Shown here one piece after another: positions 19,118 through 28,817 of a DNA stretch of 64,000 nt. Position numbers and translations under genes: made by a program. The DNA is from an uncultured Acidobacteriota bacterium (GTDB lineage: Bacteria > Acidobacteriota > Thermoanaerobaculia > Gp7-AA8), in contig CAVUKB010000006.1 in NCBI GenBank assembly GCA_963741955.1, forward strand, positions 160,001 to 224,000, given 5' to 3'. The notes below the pieces were generated by a model that saw nothing but the letters and a program-made list of their open reading frames with translations, was not told the origin of the DNA and ran no database searches. The stretch's first letter is position 1. Every line of letters begins with the position of its first letter.

Positions 19118-20080
19118 ATGCCTTTCGAACATCCAGCCGATCTCCCTTCGTTCATCGAATCGCAGCTGCCGTTTCGGCGGCGGAGGTATCGTCTCGAGAC
19201 GGGTGGATATCGGGAAGAGCGGATGAGCTTTCTCGAGCAGCCTCCGGACGACGGCGCCGCAGTCCTCCTCCTCCATGGAAACCCGACCTGGAGCTTTCTG
19301 TGGAGAAAGGTGATGGTGCGTCTGCCCGGGTTCCATTGCGTGGCACCCGACCTGATCGGCTTCGGCCTCTCGGACCGTCTCCGCCGGATCGAGGAGCACT
19401 CGCTCGCCGGGCATGCGGACGCGGTGGCCGAGTTGGTGGCGCGGCTCGACCTGAGAGACGTCATCCTCGTCGGACAGGACTGGGGAGGCCCGATCGCGGC
19501 GGCAGTGGGTTCACGCCTGCCGGATCGGGTTCGCGGCCTGTTGCTCGCCAACACGTCGGTACTCGTTCCGCATCGATGGCGGGGAACGAAGTTTCACCGC
19601 TTCGCGCGGATGCCGGTCGTGAGCGACATCGCGTTCCGTCTGCTGGGGTTTCCCCAGAACCGGCTGGACCGGGTACAGGGAGATCCGGCGTCCATTCGTG
19701 GCGAGGTGGCACGCGCTTACCGCTGGCCTCTTTCGCGCTGGCGCGATCGGGCCGGCCCTCTCGCGCTCGCCAGAATGGTGCCTGACTCCGAATCTCACCC
19801 GAGCGTGGCCGAGATCCGGAGGGGTGAAGAGTGGGCCCGCGGATTCGGGGGACCGATCGCCCTCGTCTGGGGAGAGCGCGATCCGATTCTCGGGCGGATG
19901 CTTCGGAGACACGAAGAAGCATTTCCTTCCGCGCACGTGGTGCGAACCGAGGCGGGACATTTCCTGCAGGAAGAAGTGCCCGACGCGATCGCATCTGCGA
20001 TCGTCGAGCTCGATCGCGCGATTTCTCCGGAAATTCCGCCCGAAACGAGCGCGACGAAGCTGCCCGAAGCTCAGGTGTAA
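19118..20080 (+). CDS. Alpha/beta hydrolase of the haloalkane dehalogenase/OleB-like subfamily
   Basis: LLHGNPTWSFLWR, APDLIGFGLSD, nucleophile motif GQDWGG, catalytic His in AGHFLQEE. Confidence 0.9.
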   Translation: MPFEHPADLPSFIESQLPFRRRRYRLETGGYREERMSFLEQPPDDGAAVLLLHGNPTWSFLWRKVMVRLPGFHCVAPDLIGFGLSDRLRRIEEHSLAGHADAVAELVARLDLRDVILVGQDWGGPIAAAVGSRLPDRVRGLLLANTSVLVPHRWRGTKFHRFARMPVVSDIAFRLLGFPQNRLDRVQGDPASIRGEVARAYRWPLSRWRDRAGPLALARMVPDSESHPSVAEIRRGEEWARGFGGPIALVWGERDPILGRMLRRHEEAFPSAHVVRTEAGHFLQEEVPDAIASAIVELDRAISPEIPPETSATKLPEAQV

Positions 20081-20269
20081 AGATCGTATTCCTCAGGCTC
20101 GGCTCCTCGTCAGCGGTGGCTCGATCGTTGCTCCCTTACTGAGGTGGCGGCTGTTCCTCGCGGTACGAACGCGGCCATCCCCCGCTGCGTCGGAGGGAGT
20201 GGTCCACCTCCGCGCCGGACCGGCGGCCATGAACCCGAACTGTTCAACTACGACCTGAAAGGAGGCCTC

Positions 20270-20791
20270 ATGTTTCCTCCGAACCGAGAGACCGGCCGGA
20301 ACCGCATTCCGAGTCAGGGGACCGAAGCGAATGGAAACCTTCCGGAGAAACTTTCCATGCACGGAGCTCAGGAGAAGCTCCGAGAGAAATCAGGCGAGAT
20401 CGTCCGCACGGCTCGCGACGCGATGCGCTCGTCGCTCGCCGAGGGATTGAGAACTTCCGCGGACGAATTTTCGGCGGCCTCACGCGTGCTGCGCGACGGA
20501 TCGCAGACGCTTCGTTCCGAAGAGCACCGCACGGCCGCGCGGGCCATCGATTCGATTGCCACATTCTGTGATCAGGCGTCGGGACGGCTCGGAAGGACCT
20601 CTGCCGACGACGTGATCGACCGTTCGGCGGATTTCGTCCGGCGGCACAGCAGTGTGGTTCTCGCCGGATCGATGCTCGCCGGCTTCGTTGCAGCGCGTGC
20701 GATGAAGGGGATGGCCGCACAGCCGCGCCCGGTCTCCCGTCTCCAGGATCGCGAGACGGACCGCTGGATCCAGCGCGGAATCGAGAGCTGA
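20270..20791 (+). CDS. Helical protein with C-terminal membrane anchor (ElaB/YqjD-like)
   Basis: AAGGAGG RBS, amphipathic helices, C-terminal FVRRHSSVVLAGSMLAGFVAAR. Confidence 0.65.
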   Translation: MFPPNRETGRNRIPSQGTEANGNLPEKLSMHGAQEKLREKSGEIVRTARDAMRSSLAEGLRTSADEFSAASRVLRDGSQTLRSEEHRTAARAIDSIATFCDQASGRLGRTSADDVIDRSADFVRRHSSVVLAGSMLAGFVAARAMKGMAAQPRPVSRLQDRETDRWIQRGIES

Positions 20792-20807
20792 ACGAAAGGA
20801 GCCGCTG

Positions 20808-21290
20808 ATGATTGACGAATCGAACCAGGCGACCGGCGATGAAAACCAGGAGCAGAGGCGCGAAGAGCGGCAGACCCGGATCGCTCAGGCGAAAGAGCGG
20901 GCCTCGGAACTGACCGAAAGCGCGAGACAGAGCGTTCAACACGCACGGCAGGAGGCGGCGGAACGCGTCCGGCAGACTCGTGAGACGGCGAAACGGAGGG
21001 CCGGCGCATCGACACGCCGCGCGATCGATTTCGCCCACGACAATCCCCTCGTCGTTGCTGCCGCCGGTATTGCGGCAGGCGCGGTGATCGGGCTGATCCT
21101 TCCGGAGAGTGAACGGGAAAGGAGGACCTTCTCCCCTGCAGGCGAACGCATCCGCGATCGCGGCCGAAAGGCATTGGATCAAGCGAAGGAGCATGGGCGA
21201 TCGATCGCGAAAGAAGCCGCGGACGCCGCCGGAGAGGCAATCCGCGAATCGGTGAACAGGCAGGTGGAAGAGGCGCGGAACCGCCGATGA
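20808..21290 (+). CDS. DUF883/DUF3618-like (ElaB/YqjD-related) membrane-anchored protein
   Basis: Charged helical N-terminus, DNPLVVAAAGIAAGAVIGLILPESERE motif, AAGGAG RBS. Confidence 0.7.
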   Translation: MIDESNQATGDENQEQRREERQTRIAQAKERASELTESARQSVQHARQEAAERVRQTRETAKRRAGASTRRAIDFAHDNPLVVAAAGIAAGAVIGLILPESERERRTFSPAGERIRDRGRKALDQAKEHGRSIAKEAADAAGEAIRESVNRQVEEARNRR

Positions 21291-21329
21291 GGGTACCGGT
21301 GCCGGCGGGCGCGCGCGACGGGAGTTGAC

Positions 21330-22277
21330 GTGGCACAGGAGGGATCGAAAGTCGTCGTCTACGCAGCGCTCGCCGGAAACGGCGCGATCGCCGTGAGCAA
21401 GTTCGCGGCGGCTGCGTTCACCGGCAGCTCGTCCATGCTCAGCGAAGCGATGCACTCGACCGTCGACACCGGAAACGAGGCGCTGATGCTTCTCGGGTTG
21501 AAGAAGAGCCGAAAGCCCGCCGACCGGAGTCACCCGTTCGGCTACGGAAAAGAGCTCTACTTCTGGACGTTCGTCGTCGCAATCTCGATCTTCGCGGTCG
21601 GCGGCGGGATGTCGATCTACGAAGGAATCAAACACATCCTCCGGCCGGAAAAGCTCGAGAGTCCGCTCTGGGCCTATGCCGTGCTCGGGATCGCATTCGT
21701 CTTCGAGGGAATCAGCTGGTTCATCGCACTCCGGAAAGTCCTTCACCGGAAGAGTGACGACGAGAGCATCCTGGATCGGATCCACCGAAGCAAGGACCCG
21801 ACCGTCTTCACGGTGCTCCTCGAGGACTCCGCCGCGCTGGTCGGGATCATCTTTGCGTTCGCAGGGGTCGCGCTCTCACACCTGTTCGAGAAACCGTGGA
21901 TCGACGGAGCGGCATCGATCGCCATCGGTCTGACTCTGGTCGCAGTCTCCCTCGTGCTCGCCTACGAGAGTAAAGCGCTGCTGGTTGGTGAGAGCGCCAG
22001 CCAGTCGATGATCGACGAGATCCACCAGATCGTGAACGAGGACCCCGACGTCGAACGCGCCGGCATCCCCCTGACCATGCAGCTCGCACCGGAGGAGGTC
22101 CTGCTGAATCTGGAGATCGGGTTCCGGGACGGAATCTCGTCGCGCGATCTGGAGAAGGTCATCGACCGGCTGGAAGCTGCGATCCGCGAGAAGCACTCGC
22201 AAGTCGGGCGGATCTTCATCGAAGTGGAAGGACTGAAGGAGCTCGATTCGAGAGACGACTTCGCCGATATTCGGTGA
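21330..22277 (+). CDS. Cation diffusion facilitator (CDF) transporter
   Basis: TGSSSMLSEAMHSTVDTGN, HPFGYGKELYFW, EDSAAL, WIDGAASI, C-terminal dimerisation domain. Confidence 0.95.
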   Translation: MAQEGSKVVVYAALAGNGAIAVSKFAAAAFTGSSSMLSEAMHSTVDTGNEALMLLGLKKSRKPADRSHPFGYGKELYFWTFVVAISIFAVGGGMSIYEGIKHILRPEKLESPLWAYAVLGIAFVFEGISWFIALRKVLHRKSDDESILDRIHRSKDPTVFTVLLEDSAALVGIIFAFAGVALSHLFEKPWIDGAASIAIGLTLVAVSLVLAYESKALLVGESASQSMIDEIHQIVNEDPDVERAGIPLTMQLAPEEVLLNLEIGFRDGISSRDLEKVIDRLEAAIREKHSQVGRIFIEVEGLKELDSRDDFADIR

Positions 22278-22292
22278 AGCATCCGGTGAAGC

Positions 22293-22378
22293 ATCTATTA
22301 TCTATTATCTATTATCTATTATCTATTATCTATTAGCATATACTTAAGCTATCAGTTAATAGATAACAGATAATAGGT
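22293..22378. repeat. AT-rich heptamer array (ATCTATT x6) with three inverted copies
   Basis: ATCTATT x6 at 22293-22334, then AATAGAT AACAGAT AATAGGT at 22358-22378. Lies between convergent genes. Confidence 0.9.
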
Positions 22379-22384
22379 GTCTTG

Positions 22385-23842
22385 TTAGAGATTGAGTACG
22401 GGGCGGGCGATGGTGAACAGGATCGCGTTGATCAGCACGATGAAGATCAGGTTCAGCCACAAGCCGGCCTTCGCCATCTGCGGGATGGTGACGTCGCCGC
22501 TTGCGTAGACGAGCGCATTCGGCGGTGTCGCGACCGGCATCATGAACGCACAACTCGCGCCGAGAGCAGCAGGGACCGCGAGGAACAGCGGATTCATTCC
22601 GAGACCGATCGCAAGCGATCCGACCAGCGGGAGGAAGGCCGCCGCGGTCGCGGTGTTGCTGGTCAGCTCCGTCAGAAACACGATCACGGTCGTGACCACC
22701 AGGGTGATCACGACCACCGGGAGCCCTTCCAGGCCCGACATCCTTCCGCCGATCCATTCCGCGAGACCAGTGCTCTCGACCGCGTGAGCCAGGGAGAGGC
22801 CGCCGCCGAAGAGGATCAGCACTCCCCACGGAAGACGTTCCACGTCTTTCCACGAGATCACGCGCTCCCCACTGCGCCAGCGGGTGGGAATCACGAAGAG
22901 TGCGAGTCCTCCCGCAATCGCAATTCCGGTATCGGAGAGCCCGTGAACGAACCTGGCCAGAAGTGGCCGGAACATCCAGGCGAGTGCGGTCAGGCTCCCG
23001 ACGATCGCCACGATCGCTTCGCTTCGCCCGAACGCGCCGAGAGAACGGATCTCCCGCGCAATGATCTCGGCGCCCCCTTCGATCTCGCGGTTCCGGGCAG
23101 GGTAGAGAATCTTCGCGAGAAGCAGCCAGCAGAGAGGGAGCGAGATTGCGACCAGGGGGACGCCGACCAGCATCCACTGCCCGAAGCCGATCTCGACGTG
23201 GTAGCTCTCCTTCACGAATCCTGCGAGGAGCGCATTCGGCGGCGTTCCGATCAGTGTGCCGAGACCTCCGATACTTGCGGCGTACGCGATGCCGAGCAGC
23301 AACGAAGTGGCGAGATTCCGGTCCGGCTCGGCGCTCCGTTCGTTGGTCAGGCGGATCACCGAGAGAGTGATCGGAAGCATCATCATCACCGTCGCGGTGT
23401 TGCTCACCCACATGCTCAGCAGGGCTGTGGCGATCATGAAGCCGCCGACCAGATTTGCAGACCTGGTCCCGACCACCCGGATGATCGAGAGGGCGATGCG
23501 GCGATGCAGCCCTGATTCTTCCAGCCCCGCCGCGAGGATGAACCCGCCGAGGAAGAGGAAGATGATCGGATTCGCATAGGGGGCCGCAGCTGCATCGATC
23601 TTCAGCACCCCGAGGAGCGGAAAAAGCACCAGCGGCAGGAGCGCAGTCGCGGCGATCGGAAGGGCCTCGGAGATCCACCAGATCGCCATGAAGATGCCGC
23701 ACGCGGAGGTATGCCAGGCCGGGAGGGTCATCCCCGAGGGAGGGTTCGCGGAGAGCATCAGGGCGAATATGACCGGCCCGGCGATCAGGCCGATTCGCTC
23801 CCGGGTCATGAGCGAGCGCTCATTCGGACTCGCGTCAGGCAT
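22385..23842 (-). CDS. DASS/SLC13 sodium-coupled anion (dicarboxylate/sulfate) symporter
   Basis: SMWVSNTAT, GTLIGTPPN, TELTSNTAT, AFMMPVATPPNA, many TMs. Confidence 0.95.
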   Translation of the reverse strand: MPDASPNERSLMTRERIGLIAGPVIFALMLSANPPSGMTLPAWHTSACGIFMAIWWISEALPIAATALLPLVLFPLLGVLKIDAAAAPYANPIIFLFLGGFILAAGLEESGLHRRIALSIIRVVGTRSANLVGGFMIATALLSMWVSNTATVMMMLPITLSVIRLTNERSAEPDRNLATSLLLGIAYAASIGGLGTLIGTPPNALLAGFVKESYHVEIGFGQWMLVGVPLVAISLPLCWLLLAKILYPARNREIEGGAEIIAREIRSLGAFGRSEAIVAIVGSLTALAWMFRPLLARFVHGLSDTGIAIAGGLALFVIPTRWRSGERVISWKDVERLPWGVLILFGGGLSLAHAVESTGLAEWIGGRMSGLEGLPVVVITLVVTTVIVFLTELTSNTATAAAFLPLVGSLAIGLGMNPLFLAVPAALGASCAFMMPVATPPNALVYASGDVTIPQMAKAGLWLNLIFIVLINAILFTIARPVLNL

Positions 23843-23961
23843 GGACGTGCTTCATTCTGCTGCACGAGCCGGCTGGAGCGCAAACCCGGGGAAATCGATC
23901 GGGTGCGCAGCGCGGGTGCAGCGACGCGTCACGAACCGGAATCCCACCCCTGCCGGATCGC

Positions 23962-24678
23962 CTACTCCACCATGCTGCCGTAACGCACGACCTGATACGA
24001 CGGGGGGAGCGCCTCGATCGAAGAACTTTCGGGATGATAGATCCAGAGAACGTCGTGGTCGATGCAATCGGGCCCGTAGAGACGGTCGCCTGCAGGAGAG
24101 GTCCGTATCACCAGGTGCCCTTCGGGAGTGAAACCTTCGGGTTCGCGCCAGACCGAGCACTTCTTCGCATACTTCCCCCGCAGCAACCCGTCGATGTCGA
24201 CCTGTGTCACCCGATGTGCGAGCGCGTCGTAGAGAAGAATCAGCGGAGGATTCTCTTCCGTGTGATACGTCCAGGTGGGCATCCGGAGAAGGAGGGTCCG
24301 GCCGTCCGGCGCCCAGTCGACGATCGACAGCGAATTGCCGTTCTCCCCCTCCGCGGTGGGATTCTGAGTGAACACGTTCTCGAAATGATTCGAAGGGCCC
24401 GAGACGTAGAGTCGCGACACGTTGTGACAGGTCCTTCGATCGGGATCGTTCGTATCTTCGGCGAGGGCTTCCACCACCGCATACGCCTGAAACTGGCGAT
24501 CCGGCGAGACGACTACCGGACTCTGCGCGAATCGCGGTCCGAACGGGGCGCCGGGCGAACTGCCCCAGCAGCTCACGCGTGACGTGTCGGAAAGGACCTC
24601 TACGTATCGGTGCCCGCGCATGGTGGAGCACGATGCCGCGGTCACGAGGGCGGCAAAGGCCGCGGCGAGGGGAAGCAT
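23962..24678 (-). CDS. Hypothetical lipoprotein (beta-propeller-like segments)
   Basis: Lipobox-like LVTAASC, and SPD/WAPDG repeat-like motifs. The start position is uncertain. Confidence 0.6.
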   Translation of the reverse strand: MLPLAAAFAALVTAASCSTMRGHRYVEVLSDTSRVSCWGSSPGAPFGPRFAQSPVVVSPDRQFQAYAVVEALAEDTNDPDRRTCHNVSRLYVSGPSNHFENVFTQNPTAEGENGNSLSIVDWAPDGRTLLLRMPTWTYHTEENPPLILLYDALAHRVTQVDIDGLLRGKYAKKCSVWREPEGFTPEGHLVIRTSPAGDRLYGPDCIDHDVLWIYHPESSSIEALPPSYQVVRYGSMVE

Positions 24679-24790
24679 TCTCGTCTGCACGCTCGTGGCC
24701 GGTGCGAATGATGTGCCCACGAGAGGACAGTACCGGGCAACCCGCCGGGTCTATACTGCGAGATACCGAATGGTTGGAGGAGATCTGACG

Positions 24791-25219
24791 ATGAAGATGA
24801 CCCGATTCGCGTTTCTTGCCGTGTCCGCTCTCGTGCTGCTGCCACTCTCCGCAAGCGCGGCCGACCACCCGAATATGAAGCCCGGCAAATGGGAGGTCAC
24901 CACGAAAATGGAGATGGAAGGAATGCCGATGGCCATGCCTCCGGTCACCGTGACCCATTGCTACAAGCAGGAAGACATCGAGAATCCTGAGAAGTCGCTG
25001 CCGAAGGGATCCAATCAGGGCGACTGCAAGATGCTCGACTACAAGCTCGACGGAAACAAGGTGACCTGGAAGGTCGAGTGCACCGGCAAGCAGAAAGTGA
25101 CCGGATCGGGCGAGGTCGTCTACAGCGGCGACTCGTACGAAGGCACCATGAACATGGAAATGGAACAGCACAAGATGAAGATGAACTTCAAGGCGCACCG
25201 GCTCGGCGATTGTGAATAG
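24791..25219 (+). CDS. DUF3617-family secreted protein
   Basis: Signal peptide, MKPGKWEVTTKMEM, conserved Cys residues, terminal AHRLGDC. GGAGGAG RBS. Confidence 0.88.
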   Translation: MKMTRFAFLAVSALVLLPLSASAADHPNMKPGKWEVTTKMEMEGMPMAMPPVTVTHCYKQEDIENPEKSLPKGSNQGDCKMLDYKLDGNKVTWKVECTGKQKVTGSGEVVYSGDSYEGTMNMEMEQHKMKMNFKAHRLGDCE

Positions 25220-25245
25220 CCGTTTCCTTCAGCGTGCACCGGTTC

Positions 25246-25270
25246 AGGGGCTCCGTTGGAGCCCCTTTTT
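25246..25270 (+). terminator. Rho-independent terminator
   Basis: AGGGGCTCC-GTT-GGAGCCCCT followed by a T run, after the DUF3617 gene. Confidence 0.85.
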
Positions 25271-25464
25271 CGTATGCAAATGGAGTCGAACCGACCTCGA
25301 AAAAATATATTGCAGGAGAGGGGTAGGGAAACACCATGCTCCGGACACTCCTGTAGTGAGACCCGATTGTCGGGTTGAACTCGCCGGGCATCGTACCGGC
25401 TCGTCGATGGGCGGATTGACGAGCGGGCGATGTCTGGCGACTTTACGCGTCCCAGGAGGACAAA

Positions 25465-26277
25465 ATGAAACGTAGAATTCTTCTGATTGCCTGCTGTGCA
25501 TTTCTTTCATCGATGTTTCTCCATGCAGCGGCCCCCACCGTTCCCGCGGGGCATCACGCTCTCACTCTTCCGGTGGTCGGTGACGTGGAGGGAGGCGGTG
25601 GAGCCCATTTCCGCACCGATGTGACGATCTCGAATACCCGCGAGATGCCGCAGATGGTGCGGCTCGAATGGCTACCCCGTGCGGGCGAAGCGGCGCCGGT
25701 CACGAAGACCGTGACTCTCGACCGCTACACCATCCGGGTCTTTCGCGACTTCACGACCGACGTTCTGCAGACCACCGGACTCGGTTCGCTCCGCGTGACC
25801 GCACTTCTGGCGGACGGAGCGACGCTCGACGAGGGGAGCGCGATCGATGGATTCGCGAGGATCTATGCCACGGTCGGAGACGGCGAGGGAACGGTCTCGC
25901 AGTCGTTCTCTGCGGTGTACGACTCTCAGCTGGTCGATCCCAACAGCGCGGTTCCGAACGTCGTGCTGATGGGGCTCAGGCAGGACGCGGACTTCAGGAC
26001 GAATATCGGCATCGTGAATCTCGATTCCGAACGACGCCACCAGTTCTACGTCGTCCTCCACGGAAGCAATGGCGATGACACGTTCGTCGTGACGGTCGAG
26101 CCGAATTCGCTCGCGCAGGTCGCACTCCCGGATGGCGACTTCGGAGACCTGACCCTCAACATCGTCGAACACGATTCTCCGGGCGGCTACTGGACGGCGT
26201 ATGCGTCGACGGTGGACAACCGGAGCGCGGACGGCTGGATCTCTCAGGACGCTCATCGCCAGTTCCGGGGAGATTGA
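25465..26277 (+). CDS. Secreted protein consisting of one uncharacterised beta-rich domain (shared with the multiheme cytochrome C-terminus)
   Basis: Signal peptide and AGGAGG RBS. Motifs GAHFRTDVTISN, GTVSQSF, GLRQDADFRTNIGIVN, AYASTVDNRSAD. Confidence 0.85.
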   Translation: MKRRILLIACCAFLSSMFLHAAAPTVPAGHHALTLPVVGDVEGGGGAHFRTDVTISNTREMPQMVRLEWLPRAGEAAPVTKTVTLDRYTIRVFRDFTTDVLQTTGLGSLRVTALLADGATLDEGSAIDGFARIYATVGDGEGTVSQSFSAVYDSQLVDPNSAVPNVVLMGLRQDADFRTNIGIVNLDSERRHQFYVVLHGSNGDDTFVVTVEPNSLAQVALPDGDFGDLTLNIVEHDSPGGYWTAYASTVDNRSADGWISQDAHRQFRGD

Positions 26278-26466
26278 GGCCCGCACCGATCCGGATCGCC
26301 GCAGTTCTGCAAGTGGTTCGTTCCTCCGGAATGCAACGGTTCGGCGCCATGCGCCGGACCGCTGCTTCAGGAGACGCCGCTCCGGCACTCGCCCGGGCGC
26401 CGTGAGTGAGAACCGAACGACCGATTCCGGTCGACGCGAGATTGCACGGAGCGATACACTCGCCGG

Positions 26467-27366
26467 ATGCCGGCGCCAGGAGCTCCGCCTCATCACCCAG
26501 GGCCCCATCTCCTCGTCGCCGGGCGCGTCATCGGGATCGGCTGCCTTCTGGCTCTCTCCGTCGCGTTCCTCGGCGCCGCCACCGTCGGACTCATACGTGC
26601 CCTGGGGGCATCCAGGCCAACCCTCGATCCGGACATGGCGGTGCTTCTCGTGGCCGGAGGGCTTCTCTTCGCTCTCATCGGCGCCGCGGCTCTCCTTTCC
26701 GCCATACGGTCTCTCACCACCGTTCGAAGCGACGCCGCGGGATCCTATCCTGCACGGATCCGCGCGAGAGGAAGCAGGCCTGCCGCAGTTCTCTGGCTGC
26801 TCGCCGCAGTCTGGTGGGGCGTGGCGATCCCCGGTGCGATTCCATGGCTCCGCGGTCATGGACAGGGGGTGCTCGGCGTCGTTGCCCTGGTGATCCTCGG
26901 GTTTTTCGGAGCGGCTCTGGTGATCCTCGCGAGTGAGACGACGGTCAGGAATCTCCGGTTCGGGAAATCGGTGCTGACCCTCCGGAAAGCGCCCCGTGTC
27001 GGCATGCAGCTCGACGGGTTGGTCACTCTCCCCCGTCGGGCCGTCTCCGGAGAGGTTCGGGCCGAGCTGAGGTGCCGCCGCAAGTTGCCGGAGGGGAGCG
27101 ATGGCGCCGACGAGATCCTCTGGACGTCGTCCGATGGGACCCGGATGGACGAAGGCGGCGCGGACGGCCGGAACCTCCGGATTCCCGTCATGGTCGAGAT
27201 TCCCGCAGGCCTCCCCGGAAGTGGCGACGCGGTGCATTGGATTCTTCGGGTCAGCGGTTCCCGTCAGGGGACCGGCTACCGGGCGATCTTCGACGTCGAG
27301 GTAAATCCGGAACGCCGTTCGGCGGGCTTGTCTGGTGCCGAACTTGAAAGCGGTGAGGGAGAGTAG
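26467..27366 (+). CDS. Hypothetical membrane protein (four TMs plus C-terminal beta domain)
   Basis: Four hydrophobic segments followed by RFGKSVLTL...VHWILRVSG...YRAIFDVEV. The start position is uncertain. Confidence 0.65.
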   Translation: MPAPGAPPHHPGPHLLVAGRVIGIGCLLALSVAFLGAATVGLIRALGASRPTLDPDMAVLLVAGGLLFALIGAAALLSAIRSLTTVRSDAAGSYPARIRARGSRPAAVLWLLAAVWWGVAIPGAIPWLRGHGQGVLGVVALVILGFFGAALVILASETTVRNLRFGKSVLTLRKAPRVGMQLDGLVTLPRRAVSGEVRAELRCRRKLPEGSDGADEILWTSSDGTRMDEGGADGRNLRIPVMVEIPAGLPGSGDAVHWILRVSGSRQGTGYRAIFDVEVNPERRSAGLSGAELESGEGE

Positions 27367-27440
27367 ACCGGCGCGATCGAAGCCCTTTCTTCCGCGCAGG
27401 CTCCGAGGACGCACCCAATCGTTCGAATCGAGGTGAAACG

Positions 27441-28445
27441 ATGCATGCAGTGGAAATCGAGCGGCACGGAGGCCCCGAAGCGCTCACGTGGAAGGAAATG
27501 GCAAGACCTGACCCCGGGAAGGGCGAGGTTCTGGTCCGTGTCGGCGCAGCCGGAGTCAACTTCATCGACGTTTATCACCGCACCGGCCGCTACCCGACGG
27601 AGCTTCCGTACCGGATGGGACTCGAAGGATGCGGCGTCGTGGAAGAGCTCGGGCGCGATGTGAGCGGTCTCGAGCCGGGGGACCGAGTTGCGTGGTCCTC
27701 CGTTCCGGGGAGCTACGCCGAGTTCGTCAGGGCTCCCGCCGATAAGCTGGTCAAGGTGCCGAAAGGAATCTCCGATCAGGAAGCGGCCGCGGTGATGCTC
27801 CAGGGGATGACCGCGCAGTACCTCAGCGCTTCGACGTTTCCCCTGAAAAAGGGCGATGTGGCTCTCGTGCACGCCGCGGCCGGCGGGGTGGGGCTCCTCC
27901 TGGTGCAGATGGCGAAGTCTCGTGGAGCGAAAGTCATCGGCACTGCCTCCACGAGAGAGAAGGCGAAACTCGCGACGGACGCGGGCGCGGACCAGGTGAT
28001 CCTCTACACCGAGCTCGATTTCGAGCTGGAGGTCAAACGGCTCACCGGAGGTGGAGGGGTCGACGTGGTATACGACGGAGTGGGGAAAGCGACATTTCTC
28101 AAGGGCCTCGACTCTCTTCGGCCGCTCGGGATGATGGTTCTCTTCGGCGGGGCGAGCGGTGCGGTCGAGCCGTTCGATCCGATTCTTCTGAGTCAGAAGG
28201 GATCACTCTTCCTCACCCGCCCGACGCTCTTCCATTACACCGGGGACCGGGAGAGCCTGGTCAAGCGGGCGACCGAGGTGCTGGAGATGGTTGCTTCGAA
28301 GCGGTTGAGGGTCCGCATCGAGCGGACCTATCCGCTCGAAGACGCGTCCCTGGCGCACCGGGATCTCGAGTCGAGGAAGACCACCGGAAAGCTTCTCCTG
28401 ATTCCTCCCGGAGAGAACTCTCAGGCCGGGGCGTCGCGGAAGTAG
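27441..28445 (+). CDS. qor: NADPH:quinone oxidoreductase (zeta-crystallin/MDR family)
   Basis: AGVNFIDVYHRTG, VHAAAGGVG, VVYDGVGK, KGSLFLTRPTL, AHRDLESRKTTGKLLL. Confidence 0.92.
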   Translation: MHAVEIERHGGPEALTWKEMARPDPGKGEVLVRVGAAGVNFIDVYHRTGRYPTELPYRMGLEGCGVVEELGRDVSGLEPGDRVAWSSVPGSYAEFVRAPADKLVKVPKGISDQEAAAVMLQGMTAQYLSASTFPLKKGDVALVHAAAGGVGLLLVQMAKSRGAKVIGTASTREKAKLATDAGADQVILYTELDFELEVKRLTGGGGVDVVYDGVGKATFLKGLDSLRPLGMMVLFGGASGAVEPFDPILLSQKGSLFLTRPTLFHYTGDRESLVKRATEVLEMVASKRLRVRIERTYPLEDASLAHRDLESRKTTGKLLLIPPGENSQAGASRK

Positions 28446-28768
28446 CGCGCCCGGAGTTTCCGGTTCGAAAAGACGAGTCCAGAGAGCGCGGTGAAGAGAG
28501 CCACGCCGCCGAGGATCGCGGCCATTCGGATCCAGGGCGCGCCGAGCGTCGAGCGGATGGCGTAGATCGACAGGAGTGTGTGAATCCATTCCGCCGCGCC
28601 GAGAATGAGTGCGAGCTGGACGGTGCGCACGGCCCATCGCCGGGGGACGAGGAGCAGAAGAGGAAGCGCAAGTGCCACGGCGACGAACAGGTAATTTCCG
28701 GCTCGAAAAAAGTGCGCGCCGAGGAGCAGTGAGGAGAGAGTGACCGGGAGCGTTCGAATCGCGTTCAT
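28421..28768 (-). CDS. Small four-TM hypothetical membrane protein
   Basis: LSSLLLGAHFFRAG...GAAEW...GAPWIRMAAILG, hydrophobic throughout. Confidence 0.8.
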   Translation of the reverse strand: MNAIRTLPVTLSSLLLGAHFFRAGNYLFVAVALALPLLLLVPRRWAVRTVQLALILGAAEWIHTLLSIYAIRSTLGAPWIRMAAILGGVALFTALSGLVFSNRKLRARYFRDAPA

Positions 28769-28774
28769 CAGACC

Positions 28775-28817
28775 ATTCTGATCCGATGGAGAGCAGAGAG
28801 CTGTGACTTTGGTCGCG
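28775..28817 (-). promoter_or_regulatory. Putative Crp/Fnr class II promoter for a leaderless transcript
   Basis: TGTGA-N6-TCGCG at 28802-28817 is centred 41.5 bp upstream of ATG 28768. CAGAAT lies at -12..-7 and there is no SD. Confidence 0.55.

Noticed and set aside
19118-20080. Definite haloalkane dehalogenase or OleB function
   Set aside because: The motifs are shared across the subfamily, no ole genes are adjacent, and substrate cannot be inferred.
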